From the IMG/VR virus record IMGVR_UViG_3300031957_002643, positions 186,001-250,000 of that record: a DNA stretch of 64,000 nucleotides; one strand, given 5' to 3'. Below are positions 37,518 to 46,612 of the stretch, piece after piece (the first letter of the stretch is position 1; each line of letters starts with the position of its first letter). Both the position numbers and the translations under genes were made by a program. The notes beneath the pieces were generated by a model. The model saw only the letters and a program-made list of their open reading frames with translations, ran no database searches and was not told where the DNA came from.

Positions 37518-38324
37518 ATGACACCAGCAGAATTATTGGAGCAGCCCGTGAAAAATGTACTCAAGTCGGTCCTACATGACATGACACAGTATAAAACTTT
37601 GGAATTCATCATCATTAAGAACAATGATGATGGTAGAACAATCGCCACCGGCATTGATACCAACCGTGGAATGATGATTACCGCTGATATGGGCACATTT
37701 TCCGAGTTCGATAAGATGATATGTCTGAGCAACTTGAACTTCCTGAAGAAAATTCTCGATCAGGAACAAATTATGGGTGCAAAGGGCAAGATGGAGTTGG
37801 TTGAAGGTGAGAGTTTTACCGGAGAAGACATTTTCACTGGTATTGATTTCTCTGGACCTCGCCTCTCTATCAAATACAGTGCGGTTGATCCGCGTGTGGT
37901 TCAAGACAAGGCGCGCAATAAAAAATTCCCACCAACTATTAATGAAATAAATAGTGATATCGAATTTTCTGTTGAAGATACACTGGCAGAAGACTTTAGA
38001 CAGGCCGTTCAACTACAGAAAATGATGGCGATCAAGGAAGACGCCCTTGTTTATGTTAAGACCGTAGACGGTAACCTTGTGTTTGGATTCCCTTATGGAA
38101 AAAACGGCATTGATCTGGTTATGCGTGAAAATATTGATGAAAACTCAATTGCAATGGACCTTAAATTCGATTCCGAAAAGTTGGAACGGGCATTCGTTTC
38201 GCTGATGAATCGTGCAGAAGGAAAAATCTTATTAGGTGCCTCCTTCATGGATATCAAATACAAAGATGAAGACGTTGCATACCATATCCGTCTTCCCAAG
38301 AAGAGTGTGGCTAAGAAATTATGA
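37518..38324 (+). CDS. Putative sliding clamp
   Basis: 268-aa acidic two-fold beta/alpha pattern ending YHIRLP; replication context with clamp loader and PolB in the window. Confidence 0.55.
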   Translation: MTPAELLEQPVKNVLKSVLHDMTQYKTLEFIIIKNNDDGRTIATGIDTNRGMMITADMGTFSEFDKMICLSNLNFLKKILDQEQIMGAKGKMELVEGESFTGEDIFTGIDFSGPRLSIKYSAVDPRVVQDKARNKKFPPTINEINSDIEFSVEDTLAEDFRQAVQLQKMMAIKEDALVYVKTVDGNLVFGFPYGKNGIDLVMRENIDENSIAMDLKFDSEKLERAFVSLMNRAEGKILLGASFMDIKYKDEDVAYHIRLPKKSVAKKL

Positions 38325-38659
38325 GCAAAGAAGATAGTGTAGACCTACCTTTCAAGAAGAGAATTCAAAAATTCTTCTGTAATATATTTGGCAGACCATT
38401 TATCTATGTTGAGTTCGACTACGAACACAATACAGAAATGTTGGCCGTTCTGTTTGATTACAACAACCCGATGCTAAACCGAATTCGCCAAGCAGGGTAT
38501 GACGATGATGATCCAGATGATGCCATGCGGCATTACATTCAGCATGTCATGATCGTTAATAGTGATATGCTTTATGAGGACGGTGACGCGGATGATGGAA
38601 CCGATCCCGATTATGACGAAGAGTATGACGGCGAATATATTCATTCCAGAGGCAACTGA
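38321..38659 (+). CDS. Hypothetical acidic protein
   Basis: ATGA-coupled ORF. Confidence 0.65.
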   Translation: MSKEDSVDLPFKKRIQKFFCNIFGRPFIYVEFDYEHNTEMLAVLFDYNNPMLNRIRQAGYDDDDPDDAMRHYIQHVMIVNSDMLYEDGDADDGTDPDYDEEYDGEYIHSRGN

Positions 38660-39708
38660 TGAAGTACTGTATTATTGATGCAACTAATTTGATTCATAGA
38701 GCGAGACGTGTACAAGGAACGAATGATGTAGACATTGTTGTTCCGCTGTCTATTCAGACAGTGTTCCAATCTATGAACAAGGTTTTCAATAAATTCAATG
38801 CAGAACATGCGGTCGTATGTTTTGACGGATCATCATGGCGTAAAATCTTCTATGAGAAATACAAAGCACATCGCGAAGAGAATGTAACGCGGTTGGAACA
38901 AAAAATTAGAGACAGTATCACTACGGTCGTCAATGATTTAGAAGCGTTTTTACGAAAGAGTACAAATACGACAGTTCTTCGTAATCAGTTGATCGAGGCT
39001 GATGATTTCATCGCTAGATGGATTTTGCTTCATCCAAATGATGAACATGTGATCGTGTCTGCTGATGGTGATTTCAAGCAGTTGGTTTCTGAAAACGTAG
39101 TTCTCTATAACGGGGTGGCAAACGAGTTGACTACTCTTGATGGTATTTTCTTCCAAGACGGTCAGCCTGATCCGAAAAAGAAATATCCACGTGTTCAAAT
39201 GTACGGCGAAACATGGAAACAAAAACTCGTCAAAGAAAAAAACATCATCACTGACGAACCGGTTAAGGTAGAACCCAAGTGGGAACTATTCCTCAAAACT
39301 ATGAAGGGAGATGTTTCGGATAATATTCCTGCTGCGCATATTCCTAGATATCGAACTAAAAAGATTCGTGAAGCATTTGAAAATCCGGGCGGTGCTGCTT
39401 GGACGGACATGATGAATGCGATCAAGGAACGAGAAGTCTATGAAGAAGATGGCGTCAAGATGATTCGAGATGTCACTGTTCATGATTTGTATGAGAGAAA
39501 TACACTTCTGGTCGATTTGACCAAACAGCCAGAAGAAATAATAGAACTGATAGATCAGACTATTGAAGAAGCTGTCAGTGAAGAACCCAAGAAAATGATT
39601 GGGGTAGAATTTAGACGCTACTGTGGTCGTAATAAACTAATTCGACTAGGTGAGTTTGCGCATTTGTATGCTGATTTGTTGTCACGGAGATATAATCATG
39701 CGGTATAG
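38659..39708 (+). CDS. 5'-3' exonuclease / T4 RNase H-like (FEN family)
   Basis: IDATN, FDG.SWRK..Y..YK..R, EADD, SADGDF.QL and GD.SDNIP. Confidence 0.9.
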   Translation: MKYCIIDATNLIHRARRVQGTNDVDIVVPLSIQTVFQSMNKVFNKFNAEHAVVCFDGSSWRKIFYEKYKAHREENVTRLEQKIRDSITTVVNDLEAFLRKSTNTTVLRNQLIEADDFIARWILLHPNDEHVIVSADGDFKQLVSENVVLYNGVANELTTLDGIFFQDGQPDPKKKYPRVQMYGETWKQKLVKEKNIITDEPVKVEPKWELFLKTMKGDVSDNIPAAHIPRYRTKKIREAFENPGGAAWTDMMNAIKEREVYEEDGVKMIRDVTVHDLYERNTLLVDLTKQPEEIIELIDQTIEEAVSEEPKKMIGVEFRRYCGRNKLIRLGEFAHLYADLLSRRYNHAV

Positions 39709-40279
39709 TATTGGATTTAATACAAATTATTCCCTCATAAAGCAAAAATTTGAAAGCAGATACTTCCTGTCACAACACGGGATGATAGATGATTGTGAAA
39801 TTTTAGATCGGCGTGTCGAGTTCAAAGATATAGAAAAAGCAAAATTCTTTGATGATTGGTTTTCTAAACTTGAGCAGACTGAAACTATTCTTCCGTCTGC
39901 AATAGAATTAAATAAAATCAACTCATTCTCTATCAAAGCGTCTGTTGCCGTTCCAAAAGACAAACACATTAATGTGTATTGCTCGTCCGATGGAGGAGAC
40001 GCAGCATATGAAATTTGGAAGCTGTTCAAATTACTGAATGGCCGATTTTGGCTCGTCGAAACTACGGACACTCGATTTGGAAGTATTGCTTTTCAAACTG
40101 TCTTATTAGAAGATGAATCTGATACCTGTACTGTCATGTGTATCTTTGATGGTTTAAAGTCTGATCATGAATTGAGTGGACGTTTTTCAATCGCTGTTAA
40201 TTCCGCATCACTTCGCGCCAATACAATTAGTTCAGGTTCGTTAACGGTTGCAAATAATGGGAATCTGTGTTTTTCATAA
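39698..40279 (+). CDS. Hypothetical protein
   Basis: SD GGAG before ATG 39698. Confidence 0.6.
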   Translation: MRYSIGFNTNYSLIKQKFESRYFLSQHGMIDDCEILDRRVEFKDIEKAKFFDDWFSKLEQTETILPSAIELNKINSFSIKASVAVPKDKHINVYCSSDGGDAAYEIWKLFKLLNGRFWLVETTDTRFGSIAFQTVLLEDESDTCTVMCIFDGLKSDHELSGRFSIAVNSASLRANTISSGSLTVANNGNLCFS

Positions 40280-40320
40280 TTTCTCTTTACAAATGATTTC
40301 GATCCGTATATAAAAACATT

Positions 40321-40836
40321 ATGACCCGTCGTCCTCACTTCATTATGCTTGGTGGTGTCCCCGCTACTGGCAAATCAACCCATCGCGCAACGTTGATGGA
40401 GAAGTATCCTGATGCCTTCGTGTATTCCACGGATGATCGTCTGAAGGAAATTGCTGCAAGCCGTGGCGTTTCTTATGGCGATCTCCCGATGAAGGAACAC
40501 AAGCAGGCAAAGGCCCATATGAACGCCAAATTGAAAGAGGCGATCAATAAGGGTATGGATATTATTTGGGATCAGACTAACTTTTTGGCTCATGTTCGCC
40601 GCAATCGACATGATATGATTCCGAATACCTATACGAAGGAATTGTTTTTCTTCCATTGTCGTGACGATGAAGAAATTAAGCGTCGTATTTCCGAACGCAC
40701 GGAACAGCAGGTGCCATGGCATGTCGTTGCAAACATGATCGAACGTCTGGAACTTCCGGGCGGCGATGATGAGGTGTTCGAAAAATTCGAACTTATCGAT
40801 ACTACGCCTTCATCGACGGATGGTAATAGCGAATAA
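40321..40836 (+). CDS. P-loop kinase (AAA_33 / polynucleotide kinase-like)
   Basis: GVPATGKST, STDD and WDQTN...R.R; preceded by TTTACA-17-TATAAA and 6 nt (leaderless). Confidence 0.85.
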   Translation: MTRRPHFIMLGGVPATGKSTHRATLMEKYPDAFVYSTDDRLKEIAASRGVSYGDLPMKEHKQAKAHMNAKLKEAINKGMDIIWDQTNFLAHVRRNRHDMIPNTYTKELFFFHCRDDEEIKRRISERTEQQVPWHVVANMIERLELPGGDDEVFEKFELIDTTPSSTDGNSE

Positions 40837-41389
40837 CTGGATCGGTGGCATCATGTCGCCAGTGAAACCATGCATAATTGTGGCGTGGCGAACTGTCACC
40901 ATCTCGTTTTTCGAACCACCTTGGTCGTTTGGTTAGAACGATTTTCCCGGCATAAAAATCACAATCCCCAAACAGGGCACGCCTAGTGTGTGCGCAGTCC
41001 CATTCGTTTCGCATGAGAACAGATACGGATTTAATATCGCCTGTAGCCACCATGTCAACAGCACGTCTAACGAATGGTTCTGAAATTTCTCGCTCATAGG
41101 GCGGATTAGTTACGATGTGATCCCCGCGTGGTTCAGCATCCATGAAATCTTCTACCGAACCGTATCCCCAATCATAAATGTCTGAACTGGTGACATTTGG
41201 ATTGTATTGTTTGATCCCTTCAGCCATCAAACCGGAACCACAAGCCGGTTCCCAAATTTGACCGCTGAAATGATCAGGAGTATCCTTGAAGGTTTCAAAC
41301 AAGGCTTCAGTGCACCACTCTTCAATTGTGAAGTATGCATCGTTTGCGATCCGGTCATAACCAGATGTTGACATGGCTTTATCTTTCAT
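40802..41389 (-). CDS. Amino-DNA methyltransferase (N6-A/N4-C)
   Basis: D.YFT, WEPACGSG (motif I) and TNPPY (motif IV); start uncertain (41374/41389/41416). Confidence 0.85.
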   Translation of the reverse strand: MKDKAMSTSGYDRIANDAYFTIEEWCTEALFETFKDTPDHFSGQIWEPACGSGLMAEGIKQYNPNVTSSDIYDWGYGSVEDFMDAEPRGDHIVTNPPYEREISEPFVRRAVDMVATGDIKSVSVLMRNEWDCAHTRRALFGDCDFYAGKIVLTKRPRWFEKRDGDSSPRHNYAWFHWRHDATDPVIRYYHPSMKA

Positions 41390-41422
41390 GTTAATAGTTA
41401 TTGGCCGGATCGGCATTTACCA

Positions 41423-41653
41423 ATGGGATGGACTATGGATATTTTTTCTTTCATTGCTGCATTGATCATCACGATCCTTGCTTTTGTGGGACGTTTTGTC
41501 TTTTATAAAAAAGGCGAGTATCATCATATTTCAATTGCTTGTGCTGTAGTTGGTTCCATTTCTATTATGGTATTTGGAATTTCGACAATTGTACTGATGG
41601 TTAACTTTCTGTTGACCCATGACTTTATTACTGTGACTGAAATTAACAGTTGA
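41423..41653 (+). CDS. Small membrane protein (2 TM)
   Basis: Two hydrophobic segments. Confidence 0.55.
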   Translation: MGWTMDIFSFIAALIITILAFVGRFVFYKKGEYHHISIACAVVGSISIMVFGISTIVLMVNFLLTHDFITVTEINS

Positions 41654-41696
41654 CAAATGCTTCTCTCCCGTGTATAAAGGACATAACACGGGAGAG
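41650..41696 (+). promoter_or_regulatory. Sigma70-like promoter with embedded RBS-occluding inverted repeat
   Basis: TTGACA-17-TATAAA; CTCTCCCGTGT (41663-41673) pairs with ACACGGGAGAG (41686-41696). Confidence 0.65.
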
Positions 41697-41702
41697 GACA
41701 TT

Positions 41703-42287
41703 ATGGTGCCGCATATTTCTACGCTGCAAAATCGTGATACTGCTCAACTCGCAGCAGAAGAACTTGCCCGTCAGGAAGTTACGGTCGATTGGCTCTATGA
41801 CTCCAAGGATGCATGGAGCGCTATCCAACGGGTTTTCTGCTGGACGAGCGATGATGCAGAATCCATGGGTTTAGACCCGTGGCGTTTCAATCCTGATCTG
41901 GACGCGGCTCAAGAGCGTGGTTGGCGATTCTTCGTACAAGTTTCCGATCTGCCCGAACGCGATCAGATTATTTTCCGCATCTGTAAAATGATTCGTCCTT
42001 ACATGTGGCGTTCTGGTTACGTTGAATCTGGTCTCGATTCCAAGGATCATATTTCGATTTGGGTTCCGAAACGCTTTATGGAGCACGCTCCCGACGATGA
42101 GGGCAGCAGCGATGAACTTGATGGGTTCGTTATCAAAATGATAGAAGGCATTACGTTCAATGGTCCAATCGTGGAAACGTGGGTGGGCATGTCAACACTC
42201 GGTTGGGGCGATCTTCCTCTGGAAGACCTGAAGCTGGTCGAACAATGGGTCACCGAAGAAATCGACAAACTCAAGAAGGGAAATTGA
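41703..42287 (+). CDS. Hypothetical protein
   Basis: SD GGAGAGGA before ATG 41703. Confidence 0.7.
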   Translation: MVPHISTLQNRDTAQLAAEELARQEVTVDWLYDSKDAWSAIQRVFCWTSDDAESMGLDPWRFNPDLDAAQERGWRFFVQVSDLPERDQIIFRICKMIRPYMWRSGYVESGLDSKDHISIWVPKRFMEHAPDDEGSSDELDGFVIKMIEGITFNGPIVETWVGMSTLGWGDLPLEDLKLVEQWVTEEIDKLKKGN

Positions 42288-42288
42288 A

Positions 42289-42615
42289 ATGACCAAGAAA
42301 GAAGCAATGGAACGTTGGGCGGGCCTCAAACCCAATCAAAAGGTTTTGCCGCATATGACGCCGCTGCCTGCGGCTTCTGAAGGCTCGACGTATGGCGCCT
42401 GTGGTATCCGCATCACCGGTAACCCGGAATTCGTGGACGCGGTTCTGTCCCGACTGAAGGACCTTCTGGAAGCCGAAGGCGAAACCACTCGTCTGCATCT
42501 GGCTCGTGCTCCGATCAAGGACACCAGTGAGAAGCAATTCCACAATCGGGATGGTGGTGCGGAAAGCTGCTACATTCAGGTCCGCGAACGAGCACGACCG
42601 AAACCGCCCCGTTAA
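42289..42615 (+). CDS. Hypothetical protein
   Basis: 108-aa ORF directly after the previous stop. Confidence 0.7.
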   Translation: MTKKEAMERWAGLKPNQKVLPHMTPLPAASEGSTYGACGIRITGNPEFVDAVLSRLKDLLEAEGETTRLHLARAPIKDTSEKQFHNRDGGAESCYIQVRERARPKPPR

Positions 42616-43082
42616 CGATTAGAGTTTATATTCACTAGAATTTCACGGGGTCGAGGTAGATGGTCTACCTCGATTTCCGTTTCTGAAGATGCCGAAGACG
42701 AAACTTCGATCTTACCGACATTCAGAATTCTTTGCCAAAATGTTTGCTGACACCGAAACTTGGTAATGTCCTGCAAAAAGATTTGAGTGACTTCCTTATC
42801 AAAGATACCGTTCGTCACTCGGATATATGTATTAGTTATCAGAACATCAGTACTTTTGATGTTGTATAACCATCCGGCAAAGCTTAACAGAACCATCACA
42901 AACACACCAATTGCAATAGCTAGACTTTGGATGACAAACCAAGGTAGTATCAGCGCTGCAACCAAAAGCGCGACGAGCAATGCGAAATGGAACGGCTTTG
43001 ATCTGATCATAGCCGGATTCGCGTGATACAGAATCTTTTTGTCTGCCCGCTTCTCTATATTTTCGTTTCCATTTTCGAACAT
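42612..43082 (-). CDS. Membrane protein with bacterial PH (bPH_2) domain
   Basis: 2 TM, then ITN..I....GIF....I.L.DI.....QTFWQRILNVG.I. Confidence 0.8.
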   Translation of the reverse strand: MFENGNENIEKRADKKILYHANPAMIRSKPFHFALLVALLVAALILPWFVIQSLAIAIGVFVMVLLSFAGWLYNIKSTDVLITNTYIRVTNGIFDKEVTQIFLQDITKFRCQQTFWQRILNVGKIEVSSSASSETEIEVDHLPRPREILVNINSNR

Positions 43083-43142
43083 GAAATTGCTCCTTATGAT
43101 AAGTATATTATGTATTAACCTACATTACAAGAGAAAATTGTC

Positions 43143-43376
43143 ATGGACGCTACCAAGCAGAAAATCGAAAACATCCTTTTAGAAGCAGAAGAATTGACGG
43201 AATACAATAAATCCGACAAAGTTGCAAACTGGAAGGCGAAATTCATGCGTGATAACAAACACATCGGCAGTAAGACATATCACATGACCAAACGAAGTGT
43301 AGCCGTATCCAAAGCAGAGAAACTTGCGAACCGTGTCGGTGCCACTGTTTATGATTTTGCTCAAACGTTTATCTGA
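43143..43376 (+). CDS. Hypothetical protein
   Basis: 77-aa ORF, divergent from the PH-domain gene. Confidence 0.6.
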   Translation: MDATKQKIENILLEAEELTEYNKSDKVANWKAKFMRDNKHIGSKTYHMTKRSVAVSKAEKLANRVGATVYDFAQTFI

Positions 43377-43431
43377 CTTGACATAAGCTCACATATCTGT
43401 TTATGTGTGGTCTCGTATAATAGAGAGCCGC

Positions 43432-43770
43432 ATGTCAGATGATCCCCAGACATATGATTTCGTCCAACCACCACGTACTGGTGGTGAGGCTAGAGCACGA
43501 TTATGTCCCTTTAAGGTTTCAACCTATTGTATGGTGAATGGCTGTATGGCGTGGATGACTCTTTCTGATACTGAAGAAATTGCAGACAAACCAATATCCC
43601 ATATCGAGGTTACGGACAATGATGGAAACGGTCAGCAAATTCAAAAGAAAATGAATATTACTAACACTTGGAAAGAAATCGAAATTGACGGTACGATCAA
43701 ATACGAAAGAAGATTGAGATGGCAAGAGCTTGTTGGTATTTGTATGCGTTTGGAGAAAAATAATGGATAG
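43432..43770 (+). CDS. 4-Cys protein, paralogue 1
   Basis: EARARLCPF..C....CMAW...G.C. Confidence 0.7.
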   Translation: MSDDPQTYDFVQPPRTGGEARARLCPFKVSTYCMVNGCMAWMTLSDTEEIADKPISHIEVTDNDGNGQQIQKKMNITNTWKEIEIDGTIKYERRLRWQELVGICMRLEKNNG

Positions 43771-44053
43771 TGATTCTGTTATCGGTTCCCCGTTACGCTC
43801 CAGAAAGGAAATGGCCAATAAGTTATGTCCATTCAAGCTTGCGTCGGGTACGGGGTTCACTGCTTGCGAAACCCTACAATGTGCTGCATGGCAAACGGTG
43901 GTGAGCGAATTAGAAGTCAAAGCTGAAGACCTCCCATTATATCAAGATAGTGCAGCACAGGTGAAGCCACTGTCAGGTGGAATGTTTCATGTTACGTTGA
44001 AGCGTAATGAGTGTTTGGGTGTTTGTCATATGCTTCATGGGGTCAAGGTATGA
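43763..44053 (+). CDS. 4-Cys protein, paralogue 2
   Basis: EMANKLCPF...C....CAAW...GVC; SD GGAG. Confidence 0.7.
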   Translation: MDSDSVIGSPLRSRKEMANKLCPFKLASGTGFTACETLQCAAWQTVVSELEVKAEDLPLYQDSAAQVKPLSGGMFHVTLKRNECLGVCHMLHGVKV

Positions 44054-44463
44054 AGCTTACACCAGACAATATAAAGCAACCGATCCTTAACGAAAACGAA
44101 GCCAAGAAGAAAAATTGTTTTAAAGCAAACGGACACAATTGTTGTGCTAACAATTGTATGGCTTGGATTCGTTTGAATGATAAAATCATTATTGATGAAA
44201 TGCCCGAAGAGCCAACTGAAGGCATAACACATCGAACCATTCGGCAACGGCGTTATAACGGGTATTATGGCGATAATAGTATCATAGACACCTATCGTCA
44301 AAATATTGAATGGGAAGAACACGTTGATGGTGATGGGAACACTTATTTCTCTCGCCCACCATCAGCCGACATTAAGGATTTCAATAAAATATATGGTTTT
44401 TGTCTTGCATTAGAAGAAATAATGTGTAATATCCAAGCTTCCATGTCAGAACCCAAGGAGTAA
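44050..44463 (+). CDS. 4-Cys protein, paralogue 3
   Basis: EAKKKNCF...C....CMAW...GFC; ATGA overlap. Confidence 0.7.
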   Translation: MKLTPDNIKQPILNENEAKKKNCFKANGHNCCANNCMAWIRLNDKIIIDEMPEEPTEGITHRTIRQRRYNGYYGDNSIIDTYRQNIEWEEHVDGDGNTYFSRPPSADIKDFNKIYGFCLALEEIMCNIQASMSEPKE

Positions 44464-44466
44464 TTC

Positions 44467-45102
44467 ATGAAACTCTGGCAAGTCAAAAGAGGCACCGCCC
44501 TTCATGGGTTACTACAAGGTGCTGTCAATCTGAATGCAACCGCATTCGAACCAACATACTTCGATGATGGGAAATACAGCCCCCTTCTTCGTCGTTTCCG
44601 TGGCAATATGATGAACTTCTGCGAGGTATCACGACATGTGATCCTCTGGACGCCTCTGTATCTTCTGGTACATGTGCTTATGATTGCCATGCCGCTGACC
44701 GCAATCTTCGTTTATCCGGTCATGCGTTTCGGTGTAACACCCATCATGTGGTATTTCATTGTTGCTGCTGGTGTTGCTGCTGTCATTATTGCGTTGATGT
44801 TCTTAGTCAGAACAACTGAGAAAATCACGGATGCACGGCGAGCAGCAAAAGAAGAAAAACGAGCAGCGGAGCAACATGCTGAGCCGGTCGTCAAGAAAGA
44901 GAACAAGTTCTTCAAATGGCTTGTCAATTTCATGGTCAACGGTGTCTTTAAGTTCATCGGCAGAACCCTTCTGTTGTTCGGACTGATCCCCGCGATCTTC
45001 AAATTCATCGCCATGCTCTATACCATGTTCAAGGACAATTTCTGTCCGATGGTTGAGATCGTTGACGATGAAACCGAAACCACAGAAGAAGGAGCAGAGT
45101 AA
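44467..45102 (+). CDS. Membrane protein
   Basis: Several hydrophobic segments, N-terminal NFC and C-terminal FCP; SD AAGGAG. Confidence 0.7.
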   Translation: MKLWQVKRGTALHGLLQGAVNLNATAFEPTYFDDGKYSPLLRRFRGNMMNFCEVSRHVILWTPLYLLVHVLMIAMPLTAIFVYPVMRFGVTPIMWYFIVAAGVAAVIIALMFLVRTTEKITDARRAAKEEKRAAEQHAEPVVKKENKFFKWLVNFMVNGVFKFIGRTLLLFGLIPAIFKFIAMLYTMFKDNFCPMVEIVDDETETTEEGAE

Positions 45103-45443
45103 TGAAGCTTTCTGATTTTCTCCTCAAGCGCAAGAACATCATTCCTGCCCTTGGCGTGTCCCTTCTCTTTAGCCTTGTATGGGTTTGGGTTGTTGTTTTC
45201 TTGATCCCGAATCTGTCTGGCGAATGGGAAACCGTTTCGACCGAAGAATGTCCAGTGACGGTTCAGGTTCGAGATAATGGCTCTCCGTATCTAACTGCGA
45301 CATGTGATGATGAGACGATCAATATCATTAGCTCTTCGCAAGTAGCGAGAGCGCTATATGACAATACTGATACTGCGCAATGCACGATCAGTCGTCATTC
45401 TCACAGTGGTGATACAAATTACTCTTGCAGAATTTCTTCTTGA
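45102..45443 (+). CDS. Membrane-anchored protein with 4 Cys in a probable periplasmic domain
   Basis: One TM followed by a Cys-containing domain. Confidence 0.65.
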   Translation: MKLSDFLLKRKNIIPALGVSLLFSLVWVWVVVFLIPNLSGEWETVSTEECPVTVQVRDNGSPYLTATCDDETINIISSSQVARALYDNTDTAQCTISRHSHSGDTNYSCRISS

Positions 45444-45475
45444 CAACTCAATAAAAACCGTATAACTATACGGTT
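45440..45475 (+). promoter_or_regulatory. Sigma70-like promoter with perfect palindrome over -10 region
   Basis: TTGACA at 45440; AACCGTATA-AC-TATACGGTT (45456-45475) abuts ATG 45476. Confidence 0.55.
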
Positions 45476-46267
45476 ATGAAAAGAGAACTGTCAAAAGAAC
45501 TTCCGCTCCGAGTGATCGGTGACGTGCACGGTGGCTTCGAGGAATTCGAAGCCATCGTTCGTCATGGTCTGGAACAAGGCCGCTTCATTGTGTGCCTTGG
45601 CGATCCTGAAGACCGTGGCCCGAACCCGGCCAAAGTGATCGAACTCATCATGGACCTTTATGATGAGGGCAAGGCCGACGAAGTTATGTCCAATCACAAA
45701 TGGAAGCACTATCGGTATTACGATGGTCGTCCGGTGATGCTCAATGACGAGCACAAGAAGACTCGTCGTGATATCAACTCCATGGGCCGTGAATTCGTTG
45801 AACGTTATCTTGAGTTCTGTAAACGAGTTCCGTGGTTTATCCGTCATGGTGATAACTTCTTCGCCCATGCATCATATCATCCGATTGCCTGTGAAGAAGC
45901 ACCGAGCCGGAAGTATCGCAAGATTCTTCAGGAACGCCTGATCTATGGCCAAACGAGTGGACGTATGGAAGGTGGATTACCAGTGCGACTGTTGGATTGG
46001 ATTGACCGTGTTCCTGAAAGCATGAATGTGTTTGTCGGTCACCACATCCTGTCAACCGAAGAAATCCTTCAGTTCCAAACGACTGGTGGGAAGGTCCACT
46101 TTGTTGACCTTGGTTGTCAGTCGCGTGAAGGTGGTCAACTGGCCTATGTTGACATCGATGAAGGAAAGATCACAGGTTCGTCCCATGATATCTCCTTCAA
46201 AGATGATCCTTCGGAATTTGGCGATTATCGTTTGAACGTTTCTGAGAGCAATGCGAATGGCGAGTAA
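45476..46267 (+). CDS. Metallophosphoesterase (PrpE / bacterial Pnkp phosphatase-domain-like)
   Basis: GDVHG, GD..DRGP, SNH..K..RY..GR.V, HA, IYGQT.G....G.PVR..W, VGH and DLGC...GG.L. Confidence 0.85.
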   Translation: MKRELSKELPLRVIGDVHGGFEEFEAIVRHGLEQGRFIVCLGDPEDRGPNPAKVIELIMDLYDEGKADEVMSNHKWKHYRYYDGRPVMLNDEHKKTRRDINSMGREFVERYLEFCKRVPWFIRHGDNFFAHASYHPIACEEAPSRKYRKILQERLIYGQTSGRMEGGLPVRLLDWIDRVPESMNVFVGHHILSTEEILQFQTTGGKVHFVDLGCQSREGGQLAYVDIDEGKITGSSHDISFKDDPSEFGDYRLNVSESNANGE

Positions 46268-46605
46268 AGACGGAACATCATCCGTTCTCTGAATTCGCTT
46301 GCTCCAAAAATTTCAATCATTAATCCCAACCGCGATCCTTCTGGACGCCCGGTTAGTACCAAATACACATCTCGAAAGAACGAACGGAGCCGTTCCTTTC
46401 CGTAGTGTTCCTTGCCAACCGCATAACAGATGGTCATATATTCTTCGGAAGTGTGACCATCTTCTAATTGCGGAAGAAGATCGTTCATTGCACCAATAAA
46501 AATGCGAGCACGCTCATGCAACTCGGCCACTGGTGCGTCGAGTTCAAAGGTATCGTCACTATAGTCAATTAGTGCGAAATAAGCTGCAAGTTCTCTGTAA
46601 TCCAT
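46225..46605 (-). CDS. Stand-alone class I lysyl-tRNA synthetase anticodon-binding-domain-like protein
   Basis: EEYMTICYAVGKEH....LRSFFRDVYLVLTG...GSRLG..I..FG matches the LysRS-I C-terminal pattern; no HIGH/KMSK catalytic domain. Confidence 0.75.
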   Translation of the reverse strand: MDYRELAAYFALIDYSDDTFELDAPVAELHERARIFIGAMNDLLPQLEDGHTSEEYMTICYAVGKEHYGKERLRSFFRDVYLVLTGRPEGSRLGLMIEIFGASEFRERMMFRLYSPFALLSETFKR

Positions 46606-46612
46606 AAATCGG

